From assembly GCA_964651275.1 (NCBI GenBank), contig CAZYYQ010000002.1, forward strand, positions 1 to 41,711: 41,711 nucleotides of DNA. Reading direction: 5' to 3'. Origin of the DNA: an uncultured Hyphomicrobiaceae bacterium. Lineage in GTDB: Bacteria > Pseudomonadota > Alphaproteobacteria > Rhizobiales > Rhodomicrobiaceae. Shown here piece after piece: positions 9,481-23,232 of the stretch. Position numbers and translations under genes: made by a program. Within the stretch, counting starts at the first letter, position 1. Every line of letters begins with the position of its first letter. The notes beneath the pieces are model-generated. The model had not been told where the DNA came from and did not search any database. It was given only the letters and a program-made list of their open reading frames with translations.

Positions 9481-11835
9481 TCAAAGCCGCACGCCGCGCA
9501 GGCGCAGGGCATTGGTGATGACCGACACCGACGACAGGCTCATGGCGGCCGCTGCGATCATGGGCGATAGCAGGATGCCGAACACCGGATAGAGCACCCC
9601 GGCGGCGACAGGCACGCCCAGCGCGTTGTAGCCGAAGGCGAAAACGAGGTTCTGACGGATGTTGCGCATGGTCGCGCGCGCCAGATGCACGGCCCGGACA
9701 ATCGCGCCCAAGTCGCCGCGCAATAGCGTCAGCCCGGCGCTTTCGATGCTGACATCAGCCCCGGTGCCCATGGCGATGCCGACATCGGCCGCGGCCAGCG
9801 CGGGTGCGTCGTTGACGCCGTCCCCGGCCATCGCCACGACCGAGCCTCCGGCGCGTATGCGGGCGACAAGATCGGCCTTGTCCTGGGGCAGCAGTCCGGC
9901 ATGGACCTGGTCAATGTCGAGCGCGCGCGCGACGGCCATCGCCGTGGCCTCGCTGTCGCCCGTGGCCATAACGATGCGCAGGCCCGCGCCGTGCAGCGCG
10001 CGCACGGCCTCGGCGGCACGCTCCCTGATCGGGTCGGCTACGGCCAGCAGCCCGGCCAGTCCGCCGTCGATCGCGACGAACACGACCGTCTTGCCGTCCT
10101 CGCGCAAGGAGTCGGCTTTTTCGCTGGCCTCTTTGGCGTCCGCGCCGAGCGCTTCCATCAGGGCAGCCGTGCCCACGGCGATCTCGCGGCCATCGACGCG
10201 CCCCCTGATGCCCTTACCCGTCTGCGCCTCGAAGTCCGCGGCCTCCGCCAGCTTCAGGTCGCGTTCGCGGGCCGCCTCGGTGATGGCCTCGGCCAGCGGA
10301 TGCTCGCTCGCACGCTCCAGGCTGGCGGCGAGGCGCAGCAACTCGTCTTCGTCCAGGCGCCTGAGCGTGACGATATCGCTCAGCTTCGGCGCGCCTTCGG
10401 TCAGCGTGCCGGTCTTGTCGATGATAAGCGTATCGACGGCGGCCAGCCGCTCCAGCGCCTGTGCCTCGCGCACCAGCACGCCGGCTTGCGCGCCGCGCCC
10501 GGTCGCCACCATGATCGACATGGGCGTGGCCAACCCCAACGCGCACGGGCAGGCGATGATGAGCACAGAGACGGCGGCCACCAGCGCATAGGCCATCGCG
10601 GGCGGCGGGCCAACGAGCGACCATGTGACGAAGGCGATGATCGCGACGCCAACGACGGCCGGCACGAAATACGCCGCGACCTCGTCCACCAGCCGCTGGA
10701 TCGGCGCGCGGCTGCGCTGCGCCTGCGCAACCATGTCGACGATGTTCGACAGCATGGTGTCGCTGCCGACGCGCTCGGCGCGCATGAGGAAGCTGCCGGA
10801 CGTGTTGAGGGTGCCGCCCGTGACGGCGTCGTCCTTGGTCTTCTCGACCGCCACCGGCTCGCCGGTGAGCATCGACTCGTCCACGCTGGAGCGGCCATCC
10901 TCGACCACGCCATCGACGGGGATCGACTCGCCGGGGCGCACCCGCAGCCGGTCGCCGACCTGCACCTGCTCAAGCGGGACATCCTCTTCCGTGCCGTCCT
11001 CGGCCACGCGCCGCGCGGTCTTGGGCGCGAGATCAATCAGCGCGCGCAACGCAAAGCCGGTCTTCTCGCGCGCCCGCAGTTCCATCACCTGCCCGGCGAG
11101 CACCAGCACGACGATCATCGCAGCGGCCTCGAAATAAACGCCGACAGAGCCATCTGGCGCGCGGAAGGCGTCCGGGAATAGCCCCGGCGCGATCACCGCG
11201 ACGACGCTGTAGCCATAGGCCGCGCCGACGCCCAGCCCGATCAGCGTCCACATGTTTGGGCGCATGTTCTGGAACGAGGCGACGCAGCGCTGGAAGAATG
11301 GCCAGCCCGAATAGAGCACTACCGGCGTCGCCAGCGCCAGCTCGGCCCAGCGCGCTACCCCTTCTCCGATCCACTGCTTGACCGGCAGACCAAGCATCGG
11401 CCCCATCGCCACAATGAGCACGGGCACACTCAAAATCGCGCCGACGATCAGCCGGCGCGTGAAATCCACCAGTTCCGGGTCCGGCCCTGACGGCGCGGCG
11501 GACGGGCTCATCGGCTCCAGCCCCATGCCGCAGATCGGGCAGGTGCCGGGGCCTTCCTGCACGATCTCCGGGTCCATCGGGCAGGTGTAGAGCGTGCCGG
11601 GCGGCGCCGGATCAGGCTCGCCCTGATCGCTCAGGTACTTCTCGGGATCGGCGGCGAACTTGTCGCGGCAGCCCTCGCGGCAGAAGTAGTAGGTTTCGCC
11701 CGCGTAGTCATAGCTGATGGCGTCCGGGCCGGGCGTCACCTTCATCCCACAGACCGGGTCCGTCGCCTCCCCGGGCGCATCGTGATCGTGGTGGTGGCAG
11801 ACGTGATCCGCCACCTTCTGCTTGGTGTCCTGCAT
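9481..11835 (-). CDS. copA: Cu+/Ag+-exporting P1B-type ATPase with His-rich N-terminus, YHS domain and heavy-metal-binding domain
   Basis: [27 protein letters not shown], and the P1B-1 residues YN and MSLSS. N-terminal DPVCGM...YYFC..C (YHS) and YTCPMDP...CPICGM. Confidence 0.92.
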   Translation of the reverse strand: MQDTKQKVADHVCHHHDHDAPGEATDPVCGMKVTPGPDAISYDYAGETYYFCREGCRDKFAADPEKYLSDQGEPDPAPPGTLYTCPMDPEIVQEGPGTCPICGMGLEPMSPSAAPSGPDPELVDFTRRLIVGAILSVPVLIVAMGPMLGLPVKQWIGEGVARWAELALATPVVLYSGWPFFQRCVASFQNMRPNMWTLIGLGVGAAYGYSVVAVIAPGLFPDAFRAPDGSVGVYFEAAAMIVVLVLAGQVMELRAREKTGFALRALIDLAPKTARRVAEDGTEEDVPLEQVQVGDRLRVRPGESIPVDGVVEDGRSSVDESMLTGEPVAVEKTKDDAVTGGTLNTSGSFLMRAERVGSDTMLSNIVDMVAQAQRSRAPIQRLVDEVAAYFVPAVVGVAIIAFVTWSLVGPPPAMAYALVAAVSVLIIACPCALGLATPMSIMVATGRGAQAGVLVREAQALERLAAVDTLIIDKTGTLTEGAPKLSDIVTLRRLDEDELLRLAASLERASEHPLAEAITEAARERDLKLAEAADFEAQTGKGIRGRVDGREIAVGTAALMEALGADAKEASEKADSLREDGKTVVFVAIDGGLAGLLAVADPIRERAAEAVRALHGAGLRIVMATGDSEATAMAVARALDIDQVHAGLLPQDKADLVARIRAGGSVVAMAGDGVNDAPALAAADVGIAMGTGADVSIESAGLTLLRGDLGAIVRAVHLARATMRNIRQNLVFAFGYNALGVPVAAGVLYPVFGILLSPMIAAAAMSLSSVSVITNALRLRGVRL

Positions 11836-11862
11836 AGTCGGGTTTCAGGCCTTGATGTTGTC

Positions 11863-12342
11863 TCAGCGGTGCGACTGGAACACCTTCGTTTCGCCCTTGC
11901 CGTCGAAGGCGATCACGTCATAGGGCTCGGTTCGGCCATCGTCCGCCTCCATGCCCGGCGAGCCGATCGGCATGCCCGGCACCGCCAACCCCTTGACCGC
12001 CGGGCGCTCGCTGAGCAGGCGCTTTATGTCATCGGCAGGCACATGACCCTCGACCACGTAGCCGCCGACCTTGGCGGTGTGGCAGGCATCGAGGCTCTGC
12101 GGAATACCCGCGCGGCGCTTCACGTTCCACAGTTCTTCGAATTGTGTGATCTTCACCTCGAAGCCCGCCGCGCGCAGATGATCCGCCCACGCAGTGCAGC
12201 AACCGCAGTTGGGCCGCTTGGTCATTTCCACGACCGGCAGGTTCCGCGCGCCTGCGCCTTGCTCCTGCGCCGCGCCCTGCGGCGTGGCCATGAACGCCGC
12301 GCTCAGTATTGCGGCAACAGCGACTAACAGCTTCATCTGCAT
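11863..12342 (-). CDS. DUF411 (CopG-like) periplasmic metal-binding protein
   Basis: Signal peptide, CGCC..W, CHTA..GGY.VEGHVP, AVPGMP.GSPGME. Confidence 0.88.
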   Translation of the reverse strand: MQMKLLVAVAAILSAAFMATPQGAAQEQGAGARNLPVVEMTKRPNCGCCTAWADHLRAAGFEVKITQFEELWNVKRRAGIPQSLDACHTAKVGGYVVEGHVPADDIKRLLSERPAVKGLAVPGMPIGSPGMEADDGRTEPYDVIAFDGKGETKVFQSHR

Positions 12343-12368
12343 GCTCCGGTTTATTGCTAGGTGTCGGT

Positions 12369-12399
12369 GATGTGCGCCTTCCAGTCACTGGAATGTCAA
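12369..12399 (-). promoter_or_regulatory. MerR/CueR-type promoter and operator of DUF411-copA
   Basis: Minus strand TTGACA (12399-12394), then a 19-nt spacer holding the perfect palindrome TTCCAGT-G-ACTGGAA (12379-12393). Matches the CueR consensus ACCTTCC-N7-GGAAGGT with two mismatches. Weak -10 CACATC. Confidence 0.8.
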
Positions 12400-12421
12400 G
12401 TGGCGGCTGTCAGGTGCGGCG

Positions 12422-12470
12422 TTAACCATCTTGCGGACGCTTCGGGCGCATTCGATTAAAATATGGTTAA
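12422..12470 (+). promoter_or_regulatory. CtrA binding sites
   Basis: Perfect TTAA-N7-TTAA at 12456-12470, plus TTAACCAT at 12422-12429 and its inverted copy ATGGTTAA at 12463-12470, about 30 nt upstream of ATG 12501. Confidence 0.7.
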
Positions 12471-12500
12471 TTTGGCGGCTGGCAGTTGAGAGGGCGAGCA

Positions 12501-12842
12501 ATGGCTGGGACGCTGGAGGATACAGACGGCGGCGACTCCACCGTCGTGGCGCTGTTGCACGCGCTTCGGCAGGATTCGGTGCAGCATGCGCTCGATACGC
12601 TGGAGGCCGAGACCGGGCTGGCGCGAGAGCGGATCATTGCTGATTCAGTCCTGTTCGCAGACCGTAACCGCGCGTCGTTTCTGGCTCAACTCAGGGGCCG
12701 CCCGCCGCGCTCGCAGAGCGTATCTGCGCAGCCTTCACGCTTGCGCCGCTTCCTGGGTGACAACGGTGTCGAGATCGTCGTGGCGGGCATGTTCCTGCTC
12801 GGCGCGGCGCTGGCCGCTATCCAGATCATGCTGCTCAACTGA
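12501..12842 (+). CDS. Hypothetical protein with single C-terminal transmembrane anchor
   Basis: 113 aa. GAGGG SD. Hydrophobic tail VEIVVAGMFLLGAALAAIQIMLL. No family recognised. Confidence 0.65.
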   Translation: MAGTLEDTDGGDSTVVALLHALRQDSVQHALDTLEAETGLARERIIADSVLFADRNRASFLAQLRGRPPRSQSVSAQPSRLRRFLGDNGVEIVVAGMFLLGAALAAIQIMLLN

Positions 12843-12859
12843 TGGCCGGAGGCCGGTGA

Positions 12860-13279
12860 ATGCGCGTACTCATCGTCGTGGTCAGCCTTGGTGCCCTGTG
12901 GGACGGCTATACCAGCTTCTACGGGATCGCCGAGTTCTACAATCTTATCATGAGCGATGCCGGCGCGGCGCGCTACGCCTTCGCCGGTGTGGCGGCCGTT
13001 ACCATCGTCGGTTTCATGGTTGCGACGCGGCTGATCTGGAGCAGCACCGAGCCGAACAATTCGATCACCATGCTGCTCAAGGTCGCATGGGTGGTGTGCT
13101 TCGTGATCGACCTTTACACCTCGTTCATCGGCACGCGCGACTGGGTATTCGACGGCATGGCCGGAGGTGCGGCGAATGTGTTTGGCTTGCTGATCTTCAG
13201 CTTCCTGGTCACGTCTTCATCGGTGCTGCTGTCCCAGCTCATAACCGGCAGGGGCATCCGCAGGCGGTACCTGTATTAG
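12860..13279 (+). CDS. Hypothetical 4-TM membrane protein with two-fold internal repeat
   Basis: GGAGG SD. Four hydrophobic segments. DGYTSFYG (D15) and DLYTSFIG (D84) lie 69 aa apart in a 139-aa protein. Confidence 0.8.
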   Translation: MRVLIVVVSLGALWDGYTSFYGIAEFYNLIMSDAGAARYAFAGVAAVTIVGFMVATRLIWSSTEPNNSITMLLKVAWVVCFVIDLYTSFIGTRDWVFDGMAGGAANVFGLLIFSFLVTSSSVLLSQLITGRGIRRRYLY

Positions 13280-13311
13280 AAGCGCGATGCGAAAAGTTGG
13301 GACCGGGTTTG
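13277..13311 (+). repeat. Degenerate/truncated Bru-RS-like repeat (copy 2)
   Basis: TAGAAGCGCGATGCGAAAAGTTGGGACCGGGTTTG starts at the TAG stop and resembles the 5' half of the other two copies. Confidence 0.5.
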
Positions 13312-13321
13312 TGGGCTTGTT

Positions 13322-13915
13322 CTATGGAACGAGCCAGCGGCCCTGCCAGTCGCCATCCTGCCAGATGAACGCCGCGCGGCGGTGGCCCTGATGCGCGAGA
13401 TAGAGCCATTCGATGCGCGTGATCTGCGCCGTGATCACGGCGAAATGGTCCGCGCCGTCGTGGCTGTCCTCGGCCGAGAACGGCACCGCCGCAGGGTCGC
13501 TGACGGCCTCGCCGGGCGCGCGCATTACCTGATAGCAGATGCGGCTGAAATCGCGCGTCGCGGCCCAGGCCGCGCGGGCGAGATCGTCGTGAATGTGGAT
13601 GCTTAGCATGCAATCAAGGCGAAGCTGAATTTTCTGCTTCGGGTCGTAGACGAGCACCGCGCCGGCCGGATCGGCCTCGATCTCAGCAACCTTCGCCGAT
13701 CGCCTGTCGGTGTGGAAGCGCAGACGCCGCGCGTCCGGCTCGCAGCCGCGCAACACCACGGTGCGCAGGCGTGGCGCGACGTCGCCGTTCGTAGCGAGAA
13801 TGGGCGTGTGCGAGGGCGCCTTGCGGTCCTTCGCGCCGCGCCCCAAAAGCGACCACGCCGCACGTAAGCTCAGATCGAGATCATTATAAAAATCTGGCAG
13901 GTCCGGTTCGCTCAT
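13322..13915 (-). CDS. Pyridoxamine 5'-phosphate oxidase-like FMN-binding split-barrel protein
   Basis: LAT...PRLRTVVLR, FHTD.RS.KV.EI, YDP..KIQLRL, IEWLYL...GHRRA.F, and terminal WLVP. Confidence 0.85.
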   Translation of the reverse strand: MSEPDLPDFYNDLDLSLRAAWSLLGRGAKDRKAPSHTPILATNGDVAPRLRTVVLRGCEPDARRLRFHTDRRSAKVAEIEADPAGAVLVYDPKQKIQLRLDCMLSIHIHDDLARAAWAATRDFSRICYQVMRAPGEAVSDPAAVPFSAEDSHDGADHFAVITAQITRIEWLYLAHQGHRRAAFIWQDGDWQGRWLVP

Positions 13916-13946
13916 CGCGCGCCCCGTTTCATTAGGAGGTGCTGAG

Positions 13947-14351
13947 TTATAGCCAGTCCTGCAGGATCGGGATCAGCGGCAAATCCGCCGGAGGCATGGG
14001 GTAGTCCCGCAGGCGCGCCGCCCGTACCCATGCGAGCGCGCCGTGTTCCCGGCATTCCGGCTCGCCGTGCCATTTACGGCAGATGAACAGCGGCATCAAC
14101 AGGTGGAAATCGTCATAGGCATGGCTGGCGAAGGTCAGCGGCGCGATGCAGGCGCGCGGCACCGCGATCCCCAACTCCTCGTCAAGCTCGCGGATCAGCG
14201 CGCTCTCGGGCGTCTCGCCTTGCTCCACCTTCCCGCCGGGAAATTCCCACAGCCCCGCCATCGCACGTCCCTCAGGACGCTGGGCAAGTAGCACACGGTT
14301 GTCCACGTCAATCAGCGCGCAGGCGACCACGAGGATAATCGGCTTTGCCAT
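13947..14351 (-). CDS. mutT: 8-oxo-dGTP diphosphatase (Nudix) MutT
   Basis: Nudix box GGKVEQGETPESALIRELDEELGI, PLTFASHAY..FHLLMP, YPMPPAD. Follows argJ. Alternative GTG start at 14363. Confidence 0.9.
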   Translation of the reverse strand: MAKPIILVVACALIDVDNRVLLAQRPEGRAMAGLWEFPGGKVEQGETPESALIRELDEELGIAVPRACIAPLTFASHAYDDFHLLMPLFICRKWHGEPECREHGALAWVRAARLRDYPMPPADLPLIPILQDWL

Positions 14352-14372
14352 GGTGGTCGTCACTGCACCTGC

Positions 14373-15617
14373 TCAGCTTCGGTAATCGGCGTTGATGTCG
14401 ATGTAGCCGTGGGTCAGGTCGGTGGTCCAGACCGTCGCTGCACCGCGACCGCTCAAGCCTGCAAAGACGCGGATCAGCAACTCGTCGCGGGTCATGTAGG
14501 CCGCGCCGTCGGCCTCGTGATAATCGGGGTGGACCTCGCCGCCGGCGGCGACCGGGATCTCGCCGAACCAGATAGCGAGTTCTTCCGGGTTGACCGGCAC
14601 GCCCGCCTTGCCGATGGCCATCACGATGCGGCCCCAGTTCGGGTCCTGTCCGGCCAGCGCCGTCTTCACCAGCGGGGAGTTGGCGATCGAGAAGGCGATG
14701 GTCTGCGCGTCCTCGTCCGTATTGGCGCCATCAACGCGGATCGTCACGAATTTGGTCAGCCCCTCGCCATCCTTGACGACCTGATGAGCGAGGTCGAGCG
14801 TGAGTTCGTGGAGCGCGAGACGGAATGCTTCCAGCCGCGGGTCATGCGGATCGTTGATTTCGGGCACGCCGCGCGCCCGCGACGCGCCGGTGGCGAACAG
14901 CAGGGCCGTGTCGCTCGTGGAGGTATCGCCGTCCACCGTGATGCGGTTGAAGCTCTGGGCGACGGTTTCCCCGCACAGGGTCTGTGCGATCGCGGGTGGA
15001 AGCGGGGCGTCGGTGAAAAAGAAGGCCAGCATGGTCGCCATGTTCGGCGCGATCATGCCGGAGCCCTTGGCGATGCCGTTGATCGTCACCGGCACGCCGT
15101 CGATTTCGGTGGCTTGCGTCGCGAGCTTTGGGAAGGTGTCGGTGGTCATGATCGCGCGCGCAGCATCTTCCCACGCGTCGGGGCGCAACTGTGCGCGCAG
15201 CCCGCGCAAGGTATCGGCAAAGATGGAGACATCCAGCGGCTCGCCGATCACCCCGGTCGAGGCGAGAAACACCTCGTCGGGCGCGCAGCCTGCTGCTTCC
15301 GCAGCGATTTCCGCAGTCATCCGCACGGCTTCTTCGCCGCGCTGGCCCGTGAAGGCATTGGCGTTGCCGGAATTGACGACAAGGGCGCGGGCGGCGCGCG
15401 CGCCTGCAAGCCGCTCGCTGCACCACCTGACGGCTGCGGAAGGTGTAGCCGAGCGGGTCAGCGCGCCGCCAACAGCGGCTCCCTCAGTAAGGTTCACGAG
15501 CAGCAGGTCCTTGCGCGCGCGGTAGCGGATCCCGGCTTCCGCCGCCGCCAGCGTGACGCCATCAACGGGCGGAAGCCCCGGCACGGTAGCCGGCGCAAAC
15601 GGTGACGGCTTGATCAT
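14373..15617 (-). CDS. argJ: Bifunctional ornithine acetyltransferase/N-acetylglutamate synthase
   Basis: NSGNANAFTG, STGVIG, IMTTDT, KGSGMIAPNMATML autocleavage site, DGEG.TK, NWGRI, INADYRS. Confidence 0.96.
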   Translation of the reverse strand: MIKPSPFAPATVPGLPPVDGVTLAAAEAGIRYRARKDLLLVNLTEGAAVGGALTRSATPSAAVRWCSERLAGARAARALVVNSGNANAFTGQRGEEAVRMTAEIAAEAAGCAPDEVFLASTGVIGEPLDVSIFADTLRGLRAQLRPDAWEDAARAIMTTDTFPKLATQATEIDGVPVTINGIAKGSGMIAPNMATMLAFFFTDAPLPPAIAQTLCGETVAQSFNRITVDGDTSTSDTALLFATGASRARGVPEINDPHDPRLEAFRLALHELTLDLAHQVVKDGEGLTKFVTIRVDGANTDEDAQTIAFSIANSPLVKTALAGQDPNWGRIVMAIGKAGVPVNPEELAIWFGEIPVAAGGEVHPDYHEADGAAYMTRDELLIRVFAGLSGRGAATVWTTDLTHGYIDINADYRS

Positions 15618-16501
15618 TGCGCGGCGCTGTCGTCCTTGCTCTCGCCAGACGGCGGTTCCTCAGACTTCTTGAGGCTTTCATCGAGGATCTCGACGTTCGC
15701 GGCGTCGCGCAGGGATGCCATGCGCTCCTGCAGCATCTGGCGCACCAGCGCGCCTTTCAGACGGTCCTTGACTTCATCAAATTTTGGCGGCTCGCGGTCC
15801 CGCGTATCTTCCAGCTTGATCACGTGCCAGCCGAAGCGGGTCTTCACCGGTTGCGAGATTTCCCCCTTTTTGAGCGCGAAGGCGGCTTCGGCGAACGGCG
15901 CAACCATCTGTTCCTTGCTGAAAAAGCCGAGGTCACCACCGTTGGCGCTGCTCGGCCCAGTCGACTCGGCCTTGGCCAGTTCAGCGAAATCCTCGCCATC
16001 CGCCAGCTTCTGGATGATTGCCTTGGCTTCGTCTTCGGTCTTCACGAGAATATGGCGCGCGCGGATTTCCGGCTCCGGTTCGGTGCTGCCGATGCGTTCG
16101 TCATAAAGCTTCTGCGCAGCTTCGTCCGTGACGTTTTCGCGTATTTCCTGCTGGAAAAACACATCTCGCAGAGCGCGAAGTTCATAATAGCGCGAGAGCT
16201 GACTGTACTGGTCGCTCTGGTCGAGCCCGCCCTTGCGCGCGGCATCGGCGAGCAGCGTCAGTTCCACGACATATTGCAGGATCAACTCGCGCTGGCTTGC
16301 CTCGGGAAGTTGGGCAAGGTCGGAGCCGAGTTCATCGCGTGCCAGCTCAAGCTGGGCTTCGGTGATCGGCGTGCCGTCGACGCGCGCGACAACCTTGTTT
16401 GCGTCGGCGTCTGCGTCATCCTGTGCCTGCGCGGCGCCTGCACAAGCAAGGGCCGCCACGACCAGCGCAAGTGCGAAACGATGGAAATGGTGATAAGTCA
16501 C
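15614..16501 (-). CDS. Parvulin-type peptidyl-prolyl isomerase (PrsA/PpiC-like), exported
   Basis: ARHILV, F.ELAK..S.GPS..NGGDLG.F, F.EAAF.L..GEIS.PVKT.FGWHVIK. GTG 16501 with GAGGTG SD is followed by a signal peptide. Confidence 0.9.
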   Translation of the reverse strand: MTYHHFHRFALALVVAALACAGAAQAQDDADADANKVVARVDGTPITEAQLELARDELGSDLAQLPEASQRELILQYVVELTLLADAARKGGLDQSDQYSQLSRYYELRALRDVFFQQEIRENVTDEAAQKLYDERIGSTEPEPEIRARHILVKTEDEAKAIIQKLADGEDFAELAKAESTGPSSANGGDLGFFSKEQMVAPFAEAAFALKKGEISQPVKTRFGWHVIKLEDTRDREPPKFDEVKDRLKGALVRQMLQERMASLRDAANVEILDESLKKSEEPPSGESKDDSAAQ

Positions 16502-16714
16502 TGATACACCTCGATCTAGTGGGATTGCTTCTGGCTTTGGCAGCCGTTGGTTCGTCATCGCGCGTCCCGGCCATGCCGTCCAGCGCCGATGCGCCGCGCA
16601 ACGCATGGCACGGCGCCAGCCGTATTCCTGCCGGCATCTTGTATCCTTTCGCTCTTTGCGATGCAAAGCCAAGATTGGCGTGAGCGAATTGCCGGCTCGC
16701 CGCCGCCCTTCGCG

Positions 16715-16743
16715 TTGACAGGGCAAGACGCCCCGCTTATTTC
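16715..16743 (+). promoter_or_regulatory. Putative secA promoter
   Basis: TTGACA (16715-16720), 17 nt, TATTTC, about 70 nt upstream of the secA ATG. Confidence 0.5.
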
Positions 16744-16813
16744 CAAAGACGATCTTGCGTCGCCACCACCGGTAGGCGCTCAGGCTGCTGAAAAATCAGG
16801 AAGGCTTTACGAG

Positions 16814-19645
<2,832 letters not shown>

Positions 19646-19679
19646 TCACCGGCGACAGCGGCATAATGCGGCGTGAAGC

Positions 19680-19710
19680 GCCGTCCACGGGCTGGACGGC
19701 CTTGCTTGTT
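19680..19710 (+). terminator. Possible intrinsic terminator after secA
   Basis: GCCGTCCA-CGGGC-TGGACGGC 8-bp stem followed by the imperfect U tract CTTGCTTGTT. Confidence 0.4.
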
Positions 19711-19753
19711 CCCCGTTAAGAACAATAAAACTGCAATTGGAGGAGGAAACCCC

Positions 19754-20863
<1,110 letters not shown>

Positions 20864-20871
20864 GGGACAAA

Positions 20872-21702
20872 ATGGAGACCATCGGCGAGAACCGCGCGCA
20901 TGGCGGTACGCAGTACATCTGCCGGCATGCCTCGCAGAGCACCGGCACGCCGATGACCTTTGCGGCCTACGTGCCCGATGGCGCCCGCGATGCGCCCGCG
21001 CCCGTGTTGATCTACCTGTCCGGACTGACCTGCACGCATGCCAACGTGATGGAGAAGGGCGAATACCGCCGCGCGGCGAGCGAGCACGGCGTCGTTGTCA
21101 TATGCCCCGACACCAGCCCGCGTGGCGACGGCGTCGCTGATGACGAATCTTACGACTTGGGGCAGGGCGCAGGGTTTTACGTGGATGCGACAGAGACCCC
21201 GTGGTCTGCGCATTTCCAGATGTGGCGTTACGTCACGGAAGAATTGCCGGCTCTCGTCGGCGCATCGTTCCCGGTCGATATGGGCCGCGCCGGCATCTTC
21301 GGCCACTCGATGGGCGGGCACGGCGCGCTGGTCGCCGCTCTGCGCAAGCCCGAGACATTCCGCACCGTTTCGGCCTTCGCGCCGATCGTTGCGCCGTCGC
21401 GCGTGCCATGGGGCGAAAAGGCTTTTGCTGCCTATCTCGGCATGGATCAGGAGGTTTGGCGCAACTATGACGCGGTCGCGTTGATCGAGGACGGTGCGCG
21501 CGTCGGCGACATCCTCGTGGATCAGGGCGAGGCCGACGTGTTCCTCGCCGAGCAGCTTCGCCCGGAACTGTTGGAAGAAGCCTGCGCGGCTGCCTCCATC
21601 TCGCTCACGTTGCAGCGCCATGAAGGCCATGACCATTCCTACTATTTCATCTCGACCTTCATGGCTGATCATATCGCGTGGCACGCTGAACGCCTCGGCT
21701 GA
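20872..21702 (+). CDS. fghA: S-formylglutathione hydrolase
   Basis: LSGLTC, PDTSPRG, GQGAGFYVDAT, GHSMGGHGAL, HDHSYYFISTF. Adjacent to frmA. Confidence 0.95.
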   Translation: METIGENRAHGGTQYICRHASQSTGTPMTFAAYVPDGARDAPAPVLIYLSGLTCTHANVMEKGEYRRAASEHGVVVICPDTSPRGDGVADDESYDLGQGAGFYVDATETPWSAHFQMWRYVTEELPALVGASFPVDMGRAGIFGHSMGGHGALVAALRKPETFRTVSAFAPIVAPSRVPWGEKAFAAYLGMDQEVWRNYDAVALIEDGARVGDILVDQGEADVFLAEQLRPELLEEACAAASISLTLQRHEGHDHSYYFISTFMADHIAWHAERLG

Positions 21703-21815
21703 TGCCGCTGGCTTGCGTACGGCCGGAGGGTCGGCTAAATGTGCTGAATCGTTGAGCGCGCGACCGGCGAGAGAGGGGCCGCCGCGGAAATCGCGCTCCA
21801 AACCGGCGAGAGATC

Positions 21816-23105
21816 ATGGACAAGATTCGCGTGACCGGCGGCGTCCCGCTGACAGGCGTCATCCCCATCAGCGGCGCAAAGAACGCTACGCTGCCGTTGA
21901 TGATCGCGAGTCTGCTGACCTCGGACACGCTCACGCTGAAGAATGTGCCGAACCTCGCCGATGTCGCCAACCTGGCGCGTATCCTGCGCAATCATGGCGT
22001 CGACTCGGCGCTGGACGGCAAGCGGGCGAATGGCGCGCCGTCGCAGGGCGACACGATGCACCTGACCGCTCGCGACATCGTTGACACCACCGCGCCGTAC
22101 GACATGGTTCGCCGGATGCGCGCGAGCTTCTGGGTGCTTGGGCCGCTCCTGGCGCGTTGCGGCGAAGCGCGCGTTTCGCTTCCCGGCGGCTGCGCGATCG
22201 GGACGCGGCCGGTCGACCTGCATCTGGAGGGTCTGAAGGCGCTTGGCGCCGAGATCGACCTAGACGGCGGCTACGTCGTGGCGAGGGCGCCCGGCCGGCT
22301 GAAAGGCGGGCGCGTGAACTTCTCCAAGGTATCGGTTGGCGCGACACATAACGTCTTGATGGCAGCGGCGCTCGCCAAGGGCGAAACGCTGATTGAGAAT
22401 GCTGCAATGGAGCCGGAGGTGGGCGATGTGGCCGCCTGCCTTATGAAGATGGGTGCACAGATCGAGGGCCTGGGGACTTCGACGCTTCACATTCAGGGCG
22501 CCGACTATCTCGAAGGGGCAGTTCACACGGTATTGCCCGACCGTATCGAGGCCGGGACCTACGCCATGGCCGTGGCGGCAACCGGCGGTGATGTGCTGCT
22601 CGAAGGCGCACGCGCAGACTTGTTGGAAGCGCCCATTGGCGTGTTGCGCGAGGCGGGCGTCAGCATAGATATGACCAACGAGGGCGTGCGGATTGCGCGT
22701 AACGGCGCGGCGCTCGCCCCGGTCGATGTCGAGACGCAGCCCTTTCCCGGCTTCCCGACCGACCTGCAGGCGCAGTTCATGGCGCTGATGTGCACCGCGG
22801 ACGGGACTTCGCACATCCGCGAGACGATCTTCGAAAACCGCTTCATGCATGTGCAGGAGCTTGCCCGGCTCGGGGCACGGATCGAGCTTGATGGCGATGC
22901 CGCGACGGTGCATGGCGTCGGGCGGATGCGCGGCGCCGAAGTCATGGCAACCGACCTGCGCGCTTCCGTCTCGCTGGTCATCGCCGGGCTGGTGGCCGAG
23001 GGTGACACCCATATCAGCCGCGTCTACCATCTCGACCGTGGCTTCGAGGAACTGGAGCGCAAACTGGGCGATTGCGGCGCGCAGATCGAGCGCCTATCGG
23101 CTTGA
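21816..23105 (+). CDS. murA: UDP-N-acetylglucosamine 1-carboxyvinyltransferase
   Basis: [17 protein letters not shown] (catalytic Cys), [25 protein letters not shown]. Confidence 0.97.
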   Translation: MDKIRVTGGVPLTGVIPISGAKNATLPLMIASLLTSDTLTLKNVPNLADVANLARILRNHGVDSALDGKRANGAPSQGDTMHLTARDIVDTTAPYDMVRRMRASFWVLGPLLARCGEARVSLPGGCAIGTRPVDLHLEGLKALGAEIDLDGGYVVARAPGRLKGGRVNFSKVSVGATHNVLMAAALAKGETLIENAAMEPEVGDVAACLMKMGAQIEGLGTSTLHIQGADYLEGAVHTVLPDRIEAGTYAMAVAATGGDVLLEGARADLLEAPIGVLREAGVSIDMTNEGVRIARNGAALAPVDVETQPFPGFPTDLQAQFMALMCTADGTSHIRETIFENRFMHVQELARLGARIELDGDAATVHGVGRMRGAEVMATDLRASVSLVIAGLVAEGDTHISRVYHLDRGFEELERKLGDCGAQIERLSA

Positions 23106-23232
23106 GCGACGCGGCCGTTTCCGGCAAATTGACGTAACAAGAATTACCGCGCTCATGATCAGGTATCGCGCAGTGGCAGGGCGTTCTCTGGTTTTGTGCT
23201 TGCCAGCTTTGCAGCGCGACAGGACTAAAGCC

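Noticed and set aside
8470-13946. Genomic island integrated at the ychF 3' end
   Set aside because: No integrase or transposase, and I found no direct repeat of the ychF end. It is accessory gene content only.
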